From Hormiphora californensis (Eukaryota; Animalia; Ctenophora), in NCBI GenBank assembly GCA_020137815.1, contig CM035356.1, positions 2,108,001-2,172,000 on the forward strand: DNA of 64,000 bases. The letters run 5' to 3'. Below are positions 23,366 through 50,853 of the stretch, piece by piece (within the stretch, counting starts at the first letter, position 1; every line of letters begins with the position of its first letter). Below the pieces are notes generated by a model, which ran no database searches, was not told where the DNA came from, and worked only from the letters and a program-made list of their open reading frames with translations. The translations under genes and the position numbers were made by a program.

Positions 23366-26300
23366 CTAGATGGTATAGCTCCATGGCGTGTATATAATTC
23401 CCGACTGAGTTGTGACTTCCACCTTCTAGAGACGTATCACAACCGCCATTGTATGCAGATAGGATACCTAATACGGGCATCAGAAGGATTACAAATTATA
23501 AGAGATTACAGATAATTCTACATAATTGTTAGATAATTGCAGGGACAACATAACAACATGAAAGAATCAGAACTCCTAGATAATCCAGAAGCTATTAACG
23601 AACCTTGAAGGAAGAGCTAGGATCCAATCCTGTAACAGTCAACAGTAGTCTAACTTCATTTCCCTCCCTCAGCCTACCAACTCTGTATCCTACATCCAGT
23701 ACCTTTCTTTCACCCTTCACAGCACCTATATTGTCGACATACAAATAAGTTAACTTGACTTAATTATTAATTCAGATATATCTATTGGAGAAACATATGG
23801 GAAATGAAATATTCGATTAAACTTACTGATATATCTTGACCGGTCACCCAAACATTTCAATCCCTGGGGATCCATTGTGACCAGGAACTTTGTTTCGGAG
23901 GGGTGGCTGTGTGAAAAGATGAAACTTAGATTTCCTTCACTGTTTGCCCGTACCAATCGCTGACTTGTTCGCCCACTGTTCTAGATGGGTTATTAGTTAT
24001 TACAGTTAGTAAACCCCAAATCACACACGACAATACAAATATTCAGTATTCACTTAAACCCAACTTCAAATATAAATAGTTTTTAGATAGCTCATTGCTC
24101 AAAAATCCAATAGGTAATCTAATTCCATGATGATTTAAAATTTTCTTACAACTTCTAGTTTTCCAAATGTTGGTGAAATGACAGTTGGAGAGGTTCGTCT
24201 AATCTTGTCACCATGTTCTGTAACACCCTCCAATGCAATCTTCAGCGGGGAATCTGGTACTGAAATATAAAGTACTAAAATAGAAACACATATAGAGGTG
24301 ACGACCCCCCCCCCCACGGCGTGCCTGGTGAAATTTTAACACGACCTAGCATGCGACGGGAAACCACCACTTGTACGTGGTAGCTGAGGGTCTACAGAAT
24401 GGCGCTACGGTGCGGGAAAAAACATTCCATTCCCTAAAATCTTTTTTTTTACTTTTATTTGATTTGGGTCAAAATTGGCTATATTAAACGTGGTCCCGAA
24501 AAATCCATAATGACTTAGCACACGAAATATGTCACCCCTACCTATTTTTGCACGTAGAATCGATTGCCGTTGAAGTCGAATCTCTAAAATGACTGTAAAA
24601 TGGTCAAAAGTTGATTTTTTACCATTTTTTGGAGGTTTTTGGCCCCTAAACCATTAAAAACGTTGAGATAGGAATTTGAAACTAGTGCCAATCGTTAAAA
24701 TGGTCATTTTTCTACAAAGAACCAAGTTTTCATGTATATCCGATTTATGGTTAGATTTGGGCAAATTGTTGAAATCTGCCAACTAGGAGAACCGTAACTT
24801 GATTTTCTTGTTTTTTGGATTTTGGCATTTTTGACAAACTTCTGATTGAAATGGTCAATCGGGACCATGCTTAAGTTGTTTATGGGACAATTTTCGACTA
24901 AAATCCAAGATTTCATACCAATCCAATAACAGATCGTTGATTTATAGTAAATTTAAGTAGGCAAAACGGTCAAAATGACAACTTTTCTTGCTTATTTTGA
25001 CCGTTTTGCCTACTTAAATTTTCTATAAATCAACGATCTGTTATTGGATTGGTATGAAATCTTGGATTTTAGTCGAAAATTGTCCCATAAACAACTTAAG
25101 CATGGTCCCGATTGACCATTTCAATCAGAAGTTTGTCAAAAGTGCCAAAATCCAAAAAACAAGAAAATCAAGTTACGGTTCTCCTAGTTGGCAGATTTCA
25201 ACAATTTGCCCAAATCTAACCATAAATCGGATATACATGAAAACTTGGTTCTTGGTAGAAAAATGACCATTTTAACGATTGGCACTAGTTTCAAATTCCT
25301 ATCTCAACGTTTTTAATGATTTAGGGGCCAAAAACCTCCAAAAAATGGTAAAAAATCAACTTTTGACCATTTTACAGTCATTTTAGAGATTCGACTTCAA
25401 CGGCAATCGATTCTACGTGCAAAAATAGGTAGGGGTGACATATTTCGTGTGCTAAGTCATTATGGATTTTTCGGGACCACGTTTAATATAGCCAATTTTG
25501 ACCCAAATCAAATAAAAGTAAAAAAAAAGATTTTAGGGAATGGAATGTTTTTTCCCGCACCGTAGCGCCATTCTGTAGACCCTCAGCTACCACGTACAAG
25601 TGGTGGTTTCCCGTCGCATGCTAGGTCGTGTTAAAATTTCACCAGGCACGCCGTGCCCCCTAGACTCCTAGAGGTACAAGCCCTGTTTGGCAGATATAAA
25701 CTAGTTCGATCGAAATAAATCCAACAGCTATGATTTACCAATGAAGTTGCCCAGAACTTGATTATGACGGGTAACTGTGTCAATGGTTACCATGGTAACC
25801 CCGGTAGCTGGTGTGACCAGTTGTAATGTAGCGTTGTCTATCACACTTCCCAGGATATTCACTACTGCCGTAACTTCCCTTCCTGTTAAAAAGTACGTGG
25901 TGAAAATCAAAATAGGCACAAACTAGATACAGTGTTATAATATTTTTCACTATTGTGTTCGTAATTGATTTAACTTATTCTGACAATCATAAACTTTACC
26001 TGGAGTAAGGTTATCCACGGGTACCCCATTCTCAATATAAAACACACTGAACTCCACATTGTTTTCCCCAACTGCCTCTACCTTGTAAGTTAGATAACCA
26101 CCAATCGGTATCTGCAATAAGGAGGTAATTAATTAAAATGAAATTAGGGGACAGATTAGGAGGTATATTTCACCAGGGAATCAAGAGGAGAGTTGACTTA
26201 CACTCAATTCCCATATCCCTGCGACTGGGGTTCTAACTTCAAAAACAGTCACATGAGCCAAAGATATGGAGGGAGATATTACACTATCTTGTACAGCTGG

Positions 26301-29300
26301 ACTAGTCAGGTATATCTCAATCCTGTAATTAGAAGAAACAGAATTGGAGCTAAAGTGCTAAATGGTATAATAATGAACCCAGAAACAACACGCGAATTAG
26401 ATCCCCTACCCCTTCAGTAGAATCAGTATTCAGTATTTACATACCCAGGTAGCTCTGAGTTGACGGTTACTAACAGCAGTGCCACACTCTCGTCACAGGG
26501 GAATAAGACAGAACGGGTCTTATCCTCAGCCGATCTACTAACTCTCCCATCACCCTCAATCGTTCCTGTATCGAGGTCAAGTATGAGTTACACACCTACT
26601 GTAGGTAACTTTAGTTTGTGTGTTTGTGAGTGAGGTGATGCACTGCACGTGTAACTATGGTAACCGGGTGGGGATATAGTCACTATTTATTTGCACGTGC
26701 AGTACCCTCCGGGAAGATACGTTCGCTTTGTTTGCTCTCTCCAAACGTACTACCAAACCAAGCAACTCTGCATTCTGCAACTACGACTACAAAAAACATG
26801 GAATTAGACGCCCCTACTCTGTTTGCCATGCAGATCATCCCAATAGTAACATTGTTCCTGGGAATAATAGCAGTGTTCATCCTCACCAAGATGATAGGGA
26901 GAACAGAGGAAGGCTTGAAGTACGAGGCAGCTGAGACCCAGAGACAACTGAAACGGATGGTCTCACTGATGGAGCCCCTCACTGCTGAATTAGGTCCCAT
27001 GTTCAGGACCATCCTTGACAAGAATAAGGTAAGATTGGAGCGATAAATTTGTCTTCACAATACCCAATCAAAGTTCACAATTCATACAGGCGTATATATT
27101 AGTTTAACATATCAAAACTAATGTCCCGAATACTTTCAGGTCCTGGGACACACTATGGTAGAACACAATCTCGGTCTAGCTTCTCGACAGGGAGGGATAC
27201 TGCATCAGATCAAGAAACTTCATCAGGAGATGAATATAAGTTTTGAAATGATAAAAAACGGAGCTGGACCGTCCATCACCGGACTCCATTCCGCCAACCA
27301 GACGGATCCGGTGGCCCGATCCCACCGTGCAGCACAGACGGATTATGTTGTGCTCGATCTGGAATAAGTGTGTGTGCAGTGTAGTGTAGTGTGATGTGTG
27401 TGTGAGGTGAGCTCAACGGGGGGAGCTCAGAAATGAGCTCTTCGTGCCAGCTGAGCCCTGATTTCCCATCTGTATGCTGGGGTATCAGGGCTTAGTCCCG
27501 TTGCCGTGGACCTGCTGGCTGATGGTCCAGTGAGTACGGTCAACTCACACATGATTTGTAGCACTAGTACTGCACAAAGTAACAAACCTGATTCGATGAG
27601 AGCTCGTCCCTCTCCCTCGGAGTGAACAAGATTACTCAGTTGACCCAGATTCTCTTCGTTGTCTAGTAGTAGCACCTGTGCAGTAATATGTGAGAAATCC
27701 TTAATTATAATTTGGAGTTGTCGCGTCGAAGTTGAAGCCGTTCGTTTAGCGTGTGTTCAGCGACAGCCTGCTCCTTCATCAACACATTTAATATTTATGT
27801 GACCAAAGCTGTAAAGCTGTTATTCTTTTGGGATCGGGAGTGATTATTTCAGAAAATATTTAAGCGATTTAGTATTCACGGTTACTGATACAATTGCCAT
27901 GTGCATGGCAACAGTAGAAATTGGCGTCTAAGTGAATAAAGAGAGCCAACCGGTGGCACGGAGTCGGGTGGCCCTGTGGGCGCGCTTGTATCTACTAAGT
28001 AATATTATATGCTATAGCACGTGTGTTTCGACTGCACCAAATTTTATTAGTTAACTAATTGATTTACTAAATAATTAACTAATAAGTTAATCAACTAATT
28101 AATTAGTTACCTGTCCCCCTGTCTGTTGAGCTATCCTATGATAGGCCTGCACATCTCTCTCAGTACAGGGATCCTCAGCGGGAGTTAGAAAGAAATATAC
28201 AGGGTTGTTCATCCACTGTGCATGGCTTATCAACCCATCCATCTCATCCTAATTAGGATAATCTTGATTGTTTTAGAATTATAGTTCTGCTGAACAAAGT
28301 AGGAAGGTCGAAACTCGAAAAGTCGCATAGTGATATGGTTTTGTTAGAGTTAATCTGGGAGGTATGACGATAGACTGATTACTGAATTTACCTGGTGTTT
28401 AGTTGCAGCATCAGTGAAGACGAATATTGGAGTGTGCTCATCAGCCTCTGTCACTGCTTCATGGACTGCTCTCACAACTATCTCTTCACAATCACCTCCC
28501 CCTGTCGCCTGGAGAGGGAGATAGTCAATAGACAATAGACATGCCAGGCCATGTCTAAATGGTATCACGACTTGAAACAGCTGGGCTCTGGAATCTTATG
28601 AAGTCATATCTACTGGAAAATCTCTTCATCATCTTTTGATAGAACAGAAATTACCCGCAAAGACTCAAGAGCAGAAAGAAATCTTCCTCGGTTACTGCCA
28701 AATCTGAGAAGGGTTGTTCCCCAGTCCCTCCTAAAGGGGACGAGTGAGTATCGGGAAAATGGGGAGGATGTGGTGGTTCTAAATAATTCCCGGACAATAA
28801 CTTTGACTTGGTCCATCTCAGTATCCATAGAACCTGGTGATAAGACGGGGGTTACATTTGATATTATCTACTAGTTACATCACCATGGTAACCTACTAGG
28901 TACATCACCATGGTAACCTGCTAGTTACATCACCATGGTAACCTGCTAGGTACATCACCATGGTAACCTGATAGTTACATCACCATGGTAACCTGTTAAT
29001 TACAACTGACAACACCATGGTAACCTGCTAGTTACATCACCATGGTAACCTGCTAGTTACATCACCATGGTAACCTGCTAGTTACAACACCATACCTGTT
29101 ACATCGAGGACAAAAGTCAGGGATGTATCGGGATCAATTGATAAAAATTCGTTAAAAGTTTTCTCGCCGAGTTTCCGTTTTATCAAATTCAATAGTGATG
29201 TGGTTGTTCCCCTTTTGCGGCGTTTTCTTACATCCAAACTTGCTTCTGCATATCTGACAATAAACATGGTTACCATGGTTACCATACTTGATGCTCTCCG

Positions 29301-29961
29301 GGAACAATATTTCCTTATCCCCCCCCCCCCGTGGCCCGTATCATAATTTCCACTATTTCCACTAATAGTAATGGAATAATCTTGGAAACACATCAAAACA
29401 ATAGCTCTCAAACGAACATGCCTCCACCACCGTCCACAACATAGCAGCTCACCTCAAAATCCCAAACATCTCACGAGCCAGACCAAAGTTTTTATTTCGT
29501 CCTACAGCCAGTACAGCCCTTTTTAGCGTCACGATATCCCTAGTCCGGTACCGTGATGCAGCAGTGGATGCAGCATATGTAATACTTCGTCCGATTGTAG
29601 AGAGGGTCCGGTAGAATGTCGTTCGAAGCAGTTTATTTGACCTATTGAATGATATGTTATTGTTGCTGGGGTATTTGAATGAACATTGAACATAGAAGAT
29701 ATATAATATATGTTCATTGTTCGGGGTACCACTTGAACTATCAGACCATATATTTTCTGAACAAGGGTACGAGCAGTTTAAAGCACCTCATATTATTAAC
29801 TACCTGGTACCAGTGGTTTGGCGGGCTGCCTCCAAAAGAGCTTGTCTTGTAGCAGATATTGTATCTTGGACATCATCTCCAACGACAGTGTATTGGGAAT
29901 CTATTGATGCATTGGAGTAACGGAGAGCAGCGAATATGAGCACAACGTAAAGGAACGGCAT
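23366..29961 (-). CDS. Secreted VWA7/hemicentin-type VWA-domain protein, 593 aa. Exons 29804-29961, 29096-29253, 28655-28833, 28392-28508, 28111-28248, 27588-27675, 26445-26565, 26202-26322, 26000-26111, 25739-25882, 24150-24259, 23827-23980, 23604-23725, 23366-23425
   Basis: 14 GT-AG exons in frame (1782 nt). Signal peptide MPFLYVVLIFAALRYSNA; LGEKTFNEFLSIDPDTSLTFVLDVTGSM (MIDAS), GGGDCEE, IFVFTDA, YHRIAQQTGGQV; beta-rich C-terminal part. The last exon is less certain. Confidence 0.85.
24315..25655. mobile_element. Fold-back, almost fully palindromic Transib-like non-autonomous element
   Basis: Ends CACGGCGTG...CACGCCGTG with a 5-bp ccccc flank on both sides. Arms of ~660 bp are nearly identical, with a ~17-bp spacer near 24985. 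Confidence 0.75.
26798..27367 (+). CDS. Uncharacterised 152-aa single-pass membrane/coiled-coil protein nested antisense in a VWA7-like intron. Exons 26798-27028, 27140-27367
   Basis: aaacATGG start; TM segment IIPIVTLFLGIIAVFIL; AAG|gtaag...tttcag|GTC phase-0 intron joins two ORFs in frame. Confidence 0.75.
28871..29086. repeat. 25-bp minisatellite (~8 copies) filling a VWA7-like intron
   Basis: Unit ctagttacatcaccatggtaacctg. Confidence 0.92.
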
Positions 29962-30923
29962 TTTATCTCAAATTACGCGTACGAAGGGTCATTGCAGAAT
30001 TAGTAGCCGGTGAGAGAGGGAGAGACGTTCGGTATCTCTCTTTCTCGACCCCCCTCTCTCTTTCTCTCAGTTCTTGTAGACCTTCATTTATTCACTCGCT
30101 GTGAATAAAGTAACTGTCGAGCATCATAAACAACCCGGAAAAAGGTTCCCCTGTCAGCCGCCTCTGTGAGTAAAATACGTATTACATTATGTACTAATCA
30201 AAAACCGTTTGAATTATGAAACTAGTCAGCTGACAGGTTCTGCCCTTCTTATGCATGCATGGAGGCGGGAGATAGTGACAGCTTCTTTTCAAGTACAAGT
30301 CACACTTTTTGGACCACATTTTTTGACGTTTTTGGTCATATCTCCACCATTTCTTAACCGATTTGCATGATCTTCAGCTTGTTGGAAAGACGGTTTTAAT
30401 TTCTTACAGTTTAAGATAATGAGAATCGGTTAAAAGATGGCGGAACTATAACGAAAACGCCGAAAGGAAATTTTGGGGAAAATAAAAAACAACTCTGAAC
30501 GAGCCAGGCCAAAATTTCTTAAAAATACAAATTTGGAGCTGGATGAAGACGCGCACGCGCACTAAAAAGCGTTGTTTAATAAACCATTTTCTCGCGCGTT
30601 ACGCGAATAGAACGAGATCAGGCCACCGAACCGCCTTGTTAGTCGACATGTTAACGGGATGTTTTTGTTTAAACGAAGGTAAACACGTTATTTCTTAGCT
30701 GAACTACATTCACAGCCTGGTATATAACACTCAAAAACGGAGGGGGCTTTCCACAACAAAAATATAGAGACAATTAACAGAACTCTCTCTTTCTTTCTCA
30801 TTGATTCTCTCGGTTAGTAATCCCTTATTTTATGGAATAAGTTACGCAGGACTGCACATCTCCCTCTAATCTTTCTCCATTTACCCTCCTGAAACGTGGG
30901 GGGAACACAATATTTCCATATCC

Positions 30924-31032
30924 CAGGAACCGACCGAAACAAGTAAACATCCAATCAGAACTCGTTATTTAGGTCACGTGACTGGTTATCAGCCAATCAG
31001 GGACCAGTATTTCCTGATTCGGTCGGTTCCTG
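30924..31032. mobile_element. 109-bp hAT-type MITE
   Basis: 15-bp TIR caggaaccgaccgaa / ttcggtcggttcctg. Perfect 8-bp TSD ccatatcc at 30916-30923 and 31033-31040. Confidence 0.9.
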
Positions 31033-31779
31033 CCATATCCTCCTAAAACAGTAAAGGGTGATTTACACACACACTATGAAACAATCTTCAAAACACGCAG
31101 AAACACGTATATGTGTGTCATGGTAAGCTACCATACACACACATACGTTTTTCATAATTATATAGTTCAACATGTGGGATTGAATATATCTATATATTGA
31201 AATCAAACCCCTTTCTTTAAAAGAAAAGAACTAGAATATCATCGCTCCAAAATGAGAGGTTAGTTCACAATTATTAATATATATGTCTCACCCTCTCATT
31301 TCATTCTATCTCCTTTTTTGCGTGTCAAACGGGGTATGAGGGACACACACATACACTCGATTACTCTATCGCTAACGTATAAAACAAATTGCTCCTATTT
31401 AAGGTTGGAACAAAGAAATGGAACTCTCTCTCTCTCACACACACACATAAACACACCAACTTGTTAGGAACAGGGTTACATGTTGCAACCAATAACATTC
31501 TTATTATCCGATCTATATTTTCTATCTCTCGGATACTGTTTAATGTCCTATTTTTGCACACACACACACACACACACATATAGATACATGTTTCTCACTC
31601 ACAAATACACAAGAAGTGGGGGTACGTGCTGAACGTGACGATTGGTGGGGGACGGGGTTTGTTATGTGCAGTGGGGGAAATACAAACATATGTCCGAATA
31701 TCATCCCTCCCTCTCTCTTTTCTCTCTCTCTCTCTCTCTCTTGGTTTCACCGGGCGCTGATACTTTTGCAGAGTACTTC

Positions 31780-46680
<14,901 letters not shown>

Positions 46681-48083
46681 ATTCCACGGGAACTAACACT
46701 ACCGAGCACTTCTCATTTCAAAGTCATGCTAAAGAAAGTAGTAATAGTAATAGTAATATATAGGAATTTATTTATTTATTCAATCTAATTTGTATACATT
46801 GAATCACAATCAACATACACGCAATAAATTCCAGACTTCAGTGGAAAAATTGCTTAGGGATATTGGAAGGCAGGTAACTCGCAATTGAAATAAGAATTTA
46901 GATACATTAATTATAAAGCCAGACTTTTCACAGCTAGACGTATACCAATGATTGAGGGATCCTAAATGCATGAGTATGCTGGGGAGTGAGGATAGTCCTC
47001 TGCCCTAAAGCGAAGGCTGTGATAACCGGTCCAAGTTATAAATAAAAGTCAATAACTTCTTAAAACCAGCAACCTCGGAAATATTCAGGTCACTCACAGC
47101 GTAACCAGTATTGACAAATAACAGCGCAGAACAGCTCCAGCGAGCACCCGTCACCCACAACTCACTGAAAACTGTTCACACAACATGCTGTGCACTAAAT
47201 GAAAAAAAGTTGCTCGTGTCTCATGAGTAACGACGCAGTACAACCAGTACATTATCAGACACAATAGATTGCTACCAATTACCAAAAATGAAAAACCAAA
47301 GTTTGGGGGACTAGAAGGTTGAGATTTTGACCAGAAAGTGCTCAAAACCATGAAATTTTTGCTTAAAATATCAATACTTTCACGGGGAACTCTATCGCAC
47401 CAACTGGAACCAGAACTCTGTGACCCAAGTCGTTTAGACAGCAAAGAGTGCACCTTTTTACTTTTTAGTTTCAAAACTTTGGAAAAAGAAGTAAAAAAAA
47501 GAAGTGAAATTTTTTATTTTTGTCTATATTTGCGATTTTTAAAAGTTCAATTTATTAGTGCGCGGCTTTCGCGCGCGAATTAAATGTATGCGCGGAATTT
47601 ATTTGCGCGCTGTAAATTGTACGGCGCTGGCAAGCGGTAGGGCACATGTAATTACATGGCGACCCTGTGGCTCGTACGCACTACGCCACATTGCAGTACC
47701 AACTGCACCTGAGTCAGATTCAGAAAACATCGTCTTACAGTGCAGTTGGACTCGACTCTTGATCTTTAATTTGCTTAGAGTTAGAGAATTTGTCAAAAAT
47801 CAAAGGAGGCTTATTTTAATATTTTATGCGTAAACAATGTGCAGTATGTATAGCAATTGTGTACATAATGATCGAATTAAGACATATCTTAGCAAACAGT
47901 AGTGTCAAAGTGTCCTTGCCAGCTATCACAAAATAAACAACAACAACAACAACAACATTGTTCCAGGCCGGACCCAGTTTAACTCTCTGAGCGAGTAACC
48001 AGCCACACTCAGAGAGACCCTTCTCTTTGTCTGGACAGTCTTGGGATTTCCATTTCCGGTCCTTACCAATTGTCAAGTTGGAC

Positions 48084-49410
48084 TCATCTTCTTTTGATCT
48101 GAACAGACGAATAAGGGCATGTTAATTTTAGGTTTTTAGGTACCACTACCAGTCGGTGGAGCAATAATAAATCATTTTTATCGTTTACCACTTTCGACTT
48201 CGTACCTGAGTTGATTTTGATGGACATATCTTGAGATGGGAATGGAGATGATGCTTCAGAAGGAATCGTTTAAAACAAAACTCACAAACGTAGTTCTTTT
48301 CTCCCGTGTGGATCTGAACGAGGGAGAAGGAAACATTGAACAACTGAGAACTTCAGATGTTTTAGTCTAATTCCTTTTGGGAACCCCTATAATTCCTGTA
48401 TGACAGCGCCAGACCCCGATTTGAATCTCAGGTCGGGTCTGCGGCGGCCGACATTATAATTCCACCCACCTTCAAGTGTAAATAGAGAGAGGACGCAACG
48501 AGAACTTTCTTGCAGATAGGACAGTTCTTCAGTTTATGTTGTCGGGCTGTGTGGGTTTTATTGCTCGGTGAGAAATAGCTGGAGGTGGATGCTGGGGAGC
48601 TGGATGGGGAACCACGTTTTGTTGGAGTTATCATTCCACCATCTGAACATGAAGACATGGGTCAATGAAATGTGTACATGTTTTTCTATTTTCACCACCA
48701 CGTATTGTTATTAATTGTTGAGTACTCAACAAGTTATTAAAGGGATTGCATCAGAGATGAGAGAAGTTACTACTAATTTGGGAAATAAAAACGCGACGTA
48801 GACATAACACTAACAGCTGGAAGTTGTCCAGTGCTATGTCTACGTTTTATTTTATTTGCCAAATTTAATTAGTAATACCAATACTAGCTCTGATTTCCGG
48901 TGGAAAATGGAAGTCTAACCCGTACCGTACGGCGTACCGTTTGTGGAAAATGAAGTTGGAAAGTTGCTTCGAATGTCACAGGGGTCTACAGGTCCAGCGG
49001 TTGTCGCTGACAGTAACAGGTCCGGAGTTGACATAGGGAACTGAAATTAAAGAGAATTAGGACACAATGTAAGATTTAGTTGCGGACTGCAGAGCACAGA
49101 CTCAAAGATTTAGGTACATTATTAGTAGTTGACAAAATTAGTTATGTAGCAGTCTCTTGATGTCTTATTGCTGATTACTTAGTTAGTATGATACATGATA
49201 TGGCACTAACCAGTGGTGAATTGAGGGAGATGCTGGGAAGGGTAGAGAAGAAATCACTTCTTGGGGATGTTTCCTTCTCGCTTTCAGGAGTAGGGCCACC
49301 ACTAAATGGGAACGTATTGTAGAGGCCATTCAAAACGGGGTGTGACATGAGGCTCTTTCCGTTCAGTACTGTAGGCAGATTCAACGGCGATGGAATAGTT
49401 TCTTCTTGCT
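48084..49410 (-). CDS. Zinc-finger protein (one C2H2 and one C2HC finger). Exons 49211-49410, ~48938-49040, 48470-48642, 48206-48313, last from 48098; first exon and stop uncertain
   Basis: Spliced CPICKKVLVASSLYLHLK|IHTGEKNYVCEFCFKRFLLKHHLHSHLKIC with TGEK linker; Ser/Pro-rich N-terminal part. Confidence 0.85.
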
Positions 49411-50706
49411 CTGTAGGGGTGTAAATTATTGATTATACTCTATGGGGGATAAGAGGGAGGTGAAAACCATCTCACAGCTGTAGCGCTTGTCAGCGCCCAG
49501 TGAGCACATGGGAGTAGCATGTGGCGCGCGCGGCTATGATATTGTCCACATCAGAGACATCGCGCGTTACACAAAGTGCCCTGGAACCATGCGTCATTTT
49601 GTCAAAAAATGGGCCATTGGAACTGGAAGTGTCGTTAAACTTCGAAGTTCCAATAAGTGAGACAACCCCCACAAATAATAGGAGAAGGATCCCCTACCCA
49701 TTACCAAATAGGATCAGAGGGATAGGTGATTCTACTTTACACACAAGAAAAAAAAAGTCAAAAGACTTCAGCCAATGCCGATCATTATTTTGTTTTGTAC
49801 CTTCTAGCTTCTTGTTCAATATGGTTTAAAGACATTAAAACAAGGATGGTTGTCGTTATACAATAGGCGGTATCGATTAACCCGGATACCCATTCGAGGG
49901 TCGAACAAGGCAAGAGAAACCCGGGTAACCGCAAATAAAACCCGGGGTAACTCGAACAAATCGGAATCTTCCAGGCTTCATTTGTCATCGGCTCTTTCTT
50001 CGAATTCGAACTAACCTAGTAACCTGTCAATTATTTAACAGCTTCATCCACACCTATATATTTTCCTACTATCTTTTACCTCTCTCACAATTCATTTTAG
50101 CCATTCTCTTTTCTCACTACGTAAAATGAGTTCAATCATTTTGTCAAAAACTGTCACCATTTTCCACTTTTTAACGTTGCGGCAAACACCACCTTTTAGT
50201 GTCAAGTGTGGCAATAAATGACAATTAAAGTATTGCATATTGAGCGGATAAATATGTTTTATTATCCCAGCCGTGGATCACTGACGTCATTGGTCATTGA
50301 CGACTGACGTCATTGAGGAATAGTGTTCAGAGAAGATACTGCTTCGTAGATACCGTTTTATATGCGTGTGAGAAGATACTGATCGGTAGTTTGTTAAATG
50401 CAGCGTAGATTGTCTCACAAAATACTGTCCCCTGATCCGAACATTACAGTTATGTTATGTAGTACTACAAAGCGTTGTAGATGTGATTTTAGTCATCAAT
50501 CATCATTGAAGAAATCTTCACTGAGAAAGATGGTACATGCAGTGGTTACTTGTCTTCAGACCTCTCACACGGAACACCTCATAGTGCAACAATTCAAATT
50601 GTTATTACTTGACACAGTGTATTAAATATAACTATTCCATCCTCATTGAATATTCCTCACTGATAACGTTTTAGTGCGAATGCCGTTATTTACTTACTAG
50701 CAAGTG

Positions 50707-50853
<147 letters not shown>

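Noticed and set aside
28871-29086. CRISPR-like appearance of this and the 34-bp and 51-bp arrays
   Set aside because: These are head-to-tail repeats without unique spacers, in eukaryotic introns, with no cas genes.
47816-48098. A seventh +1 frameshift in the last zinc-finger exon (IKRR-stop versus IKEDESNL...)
   Set aside because: There is no homology to decide between the two; the short ending is equally plausible.
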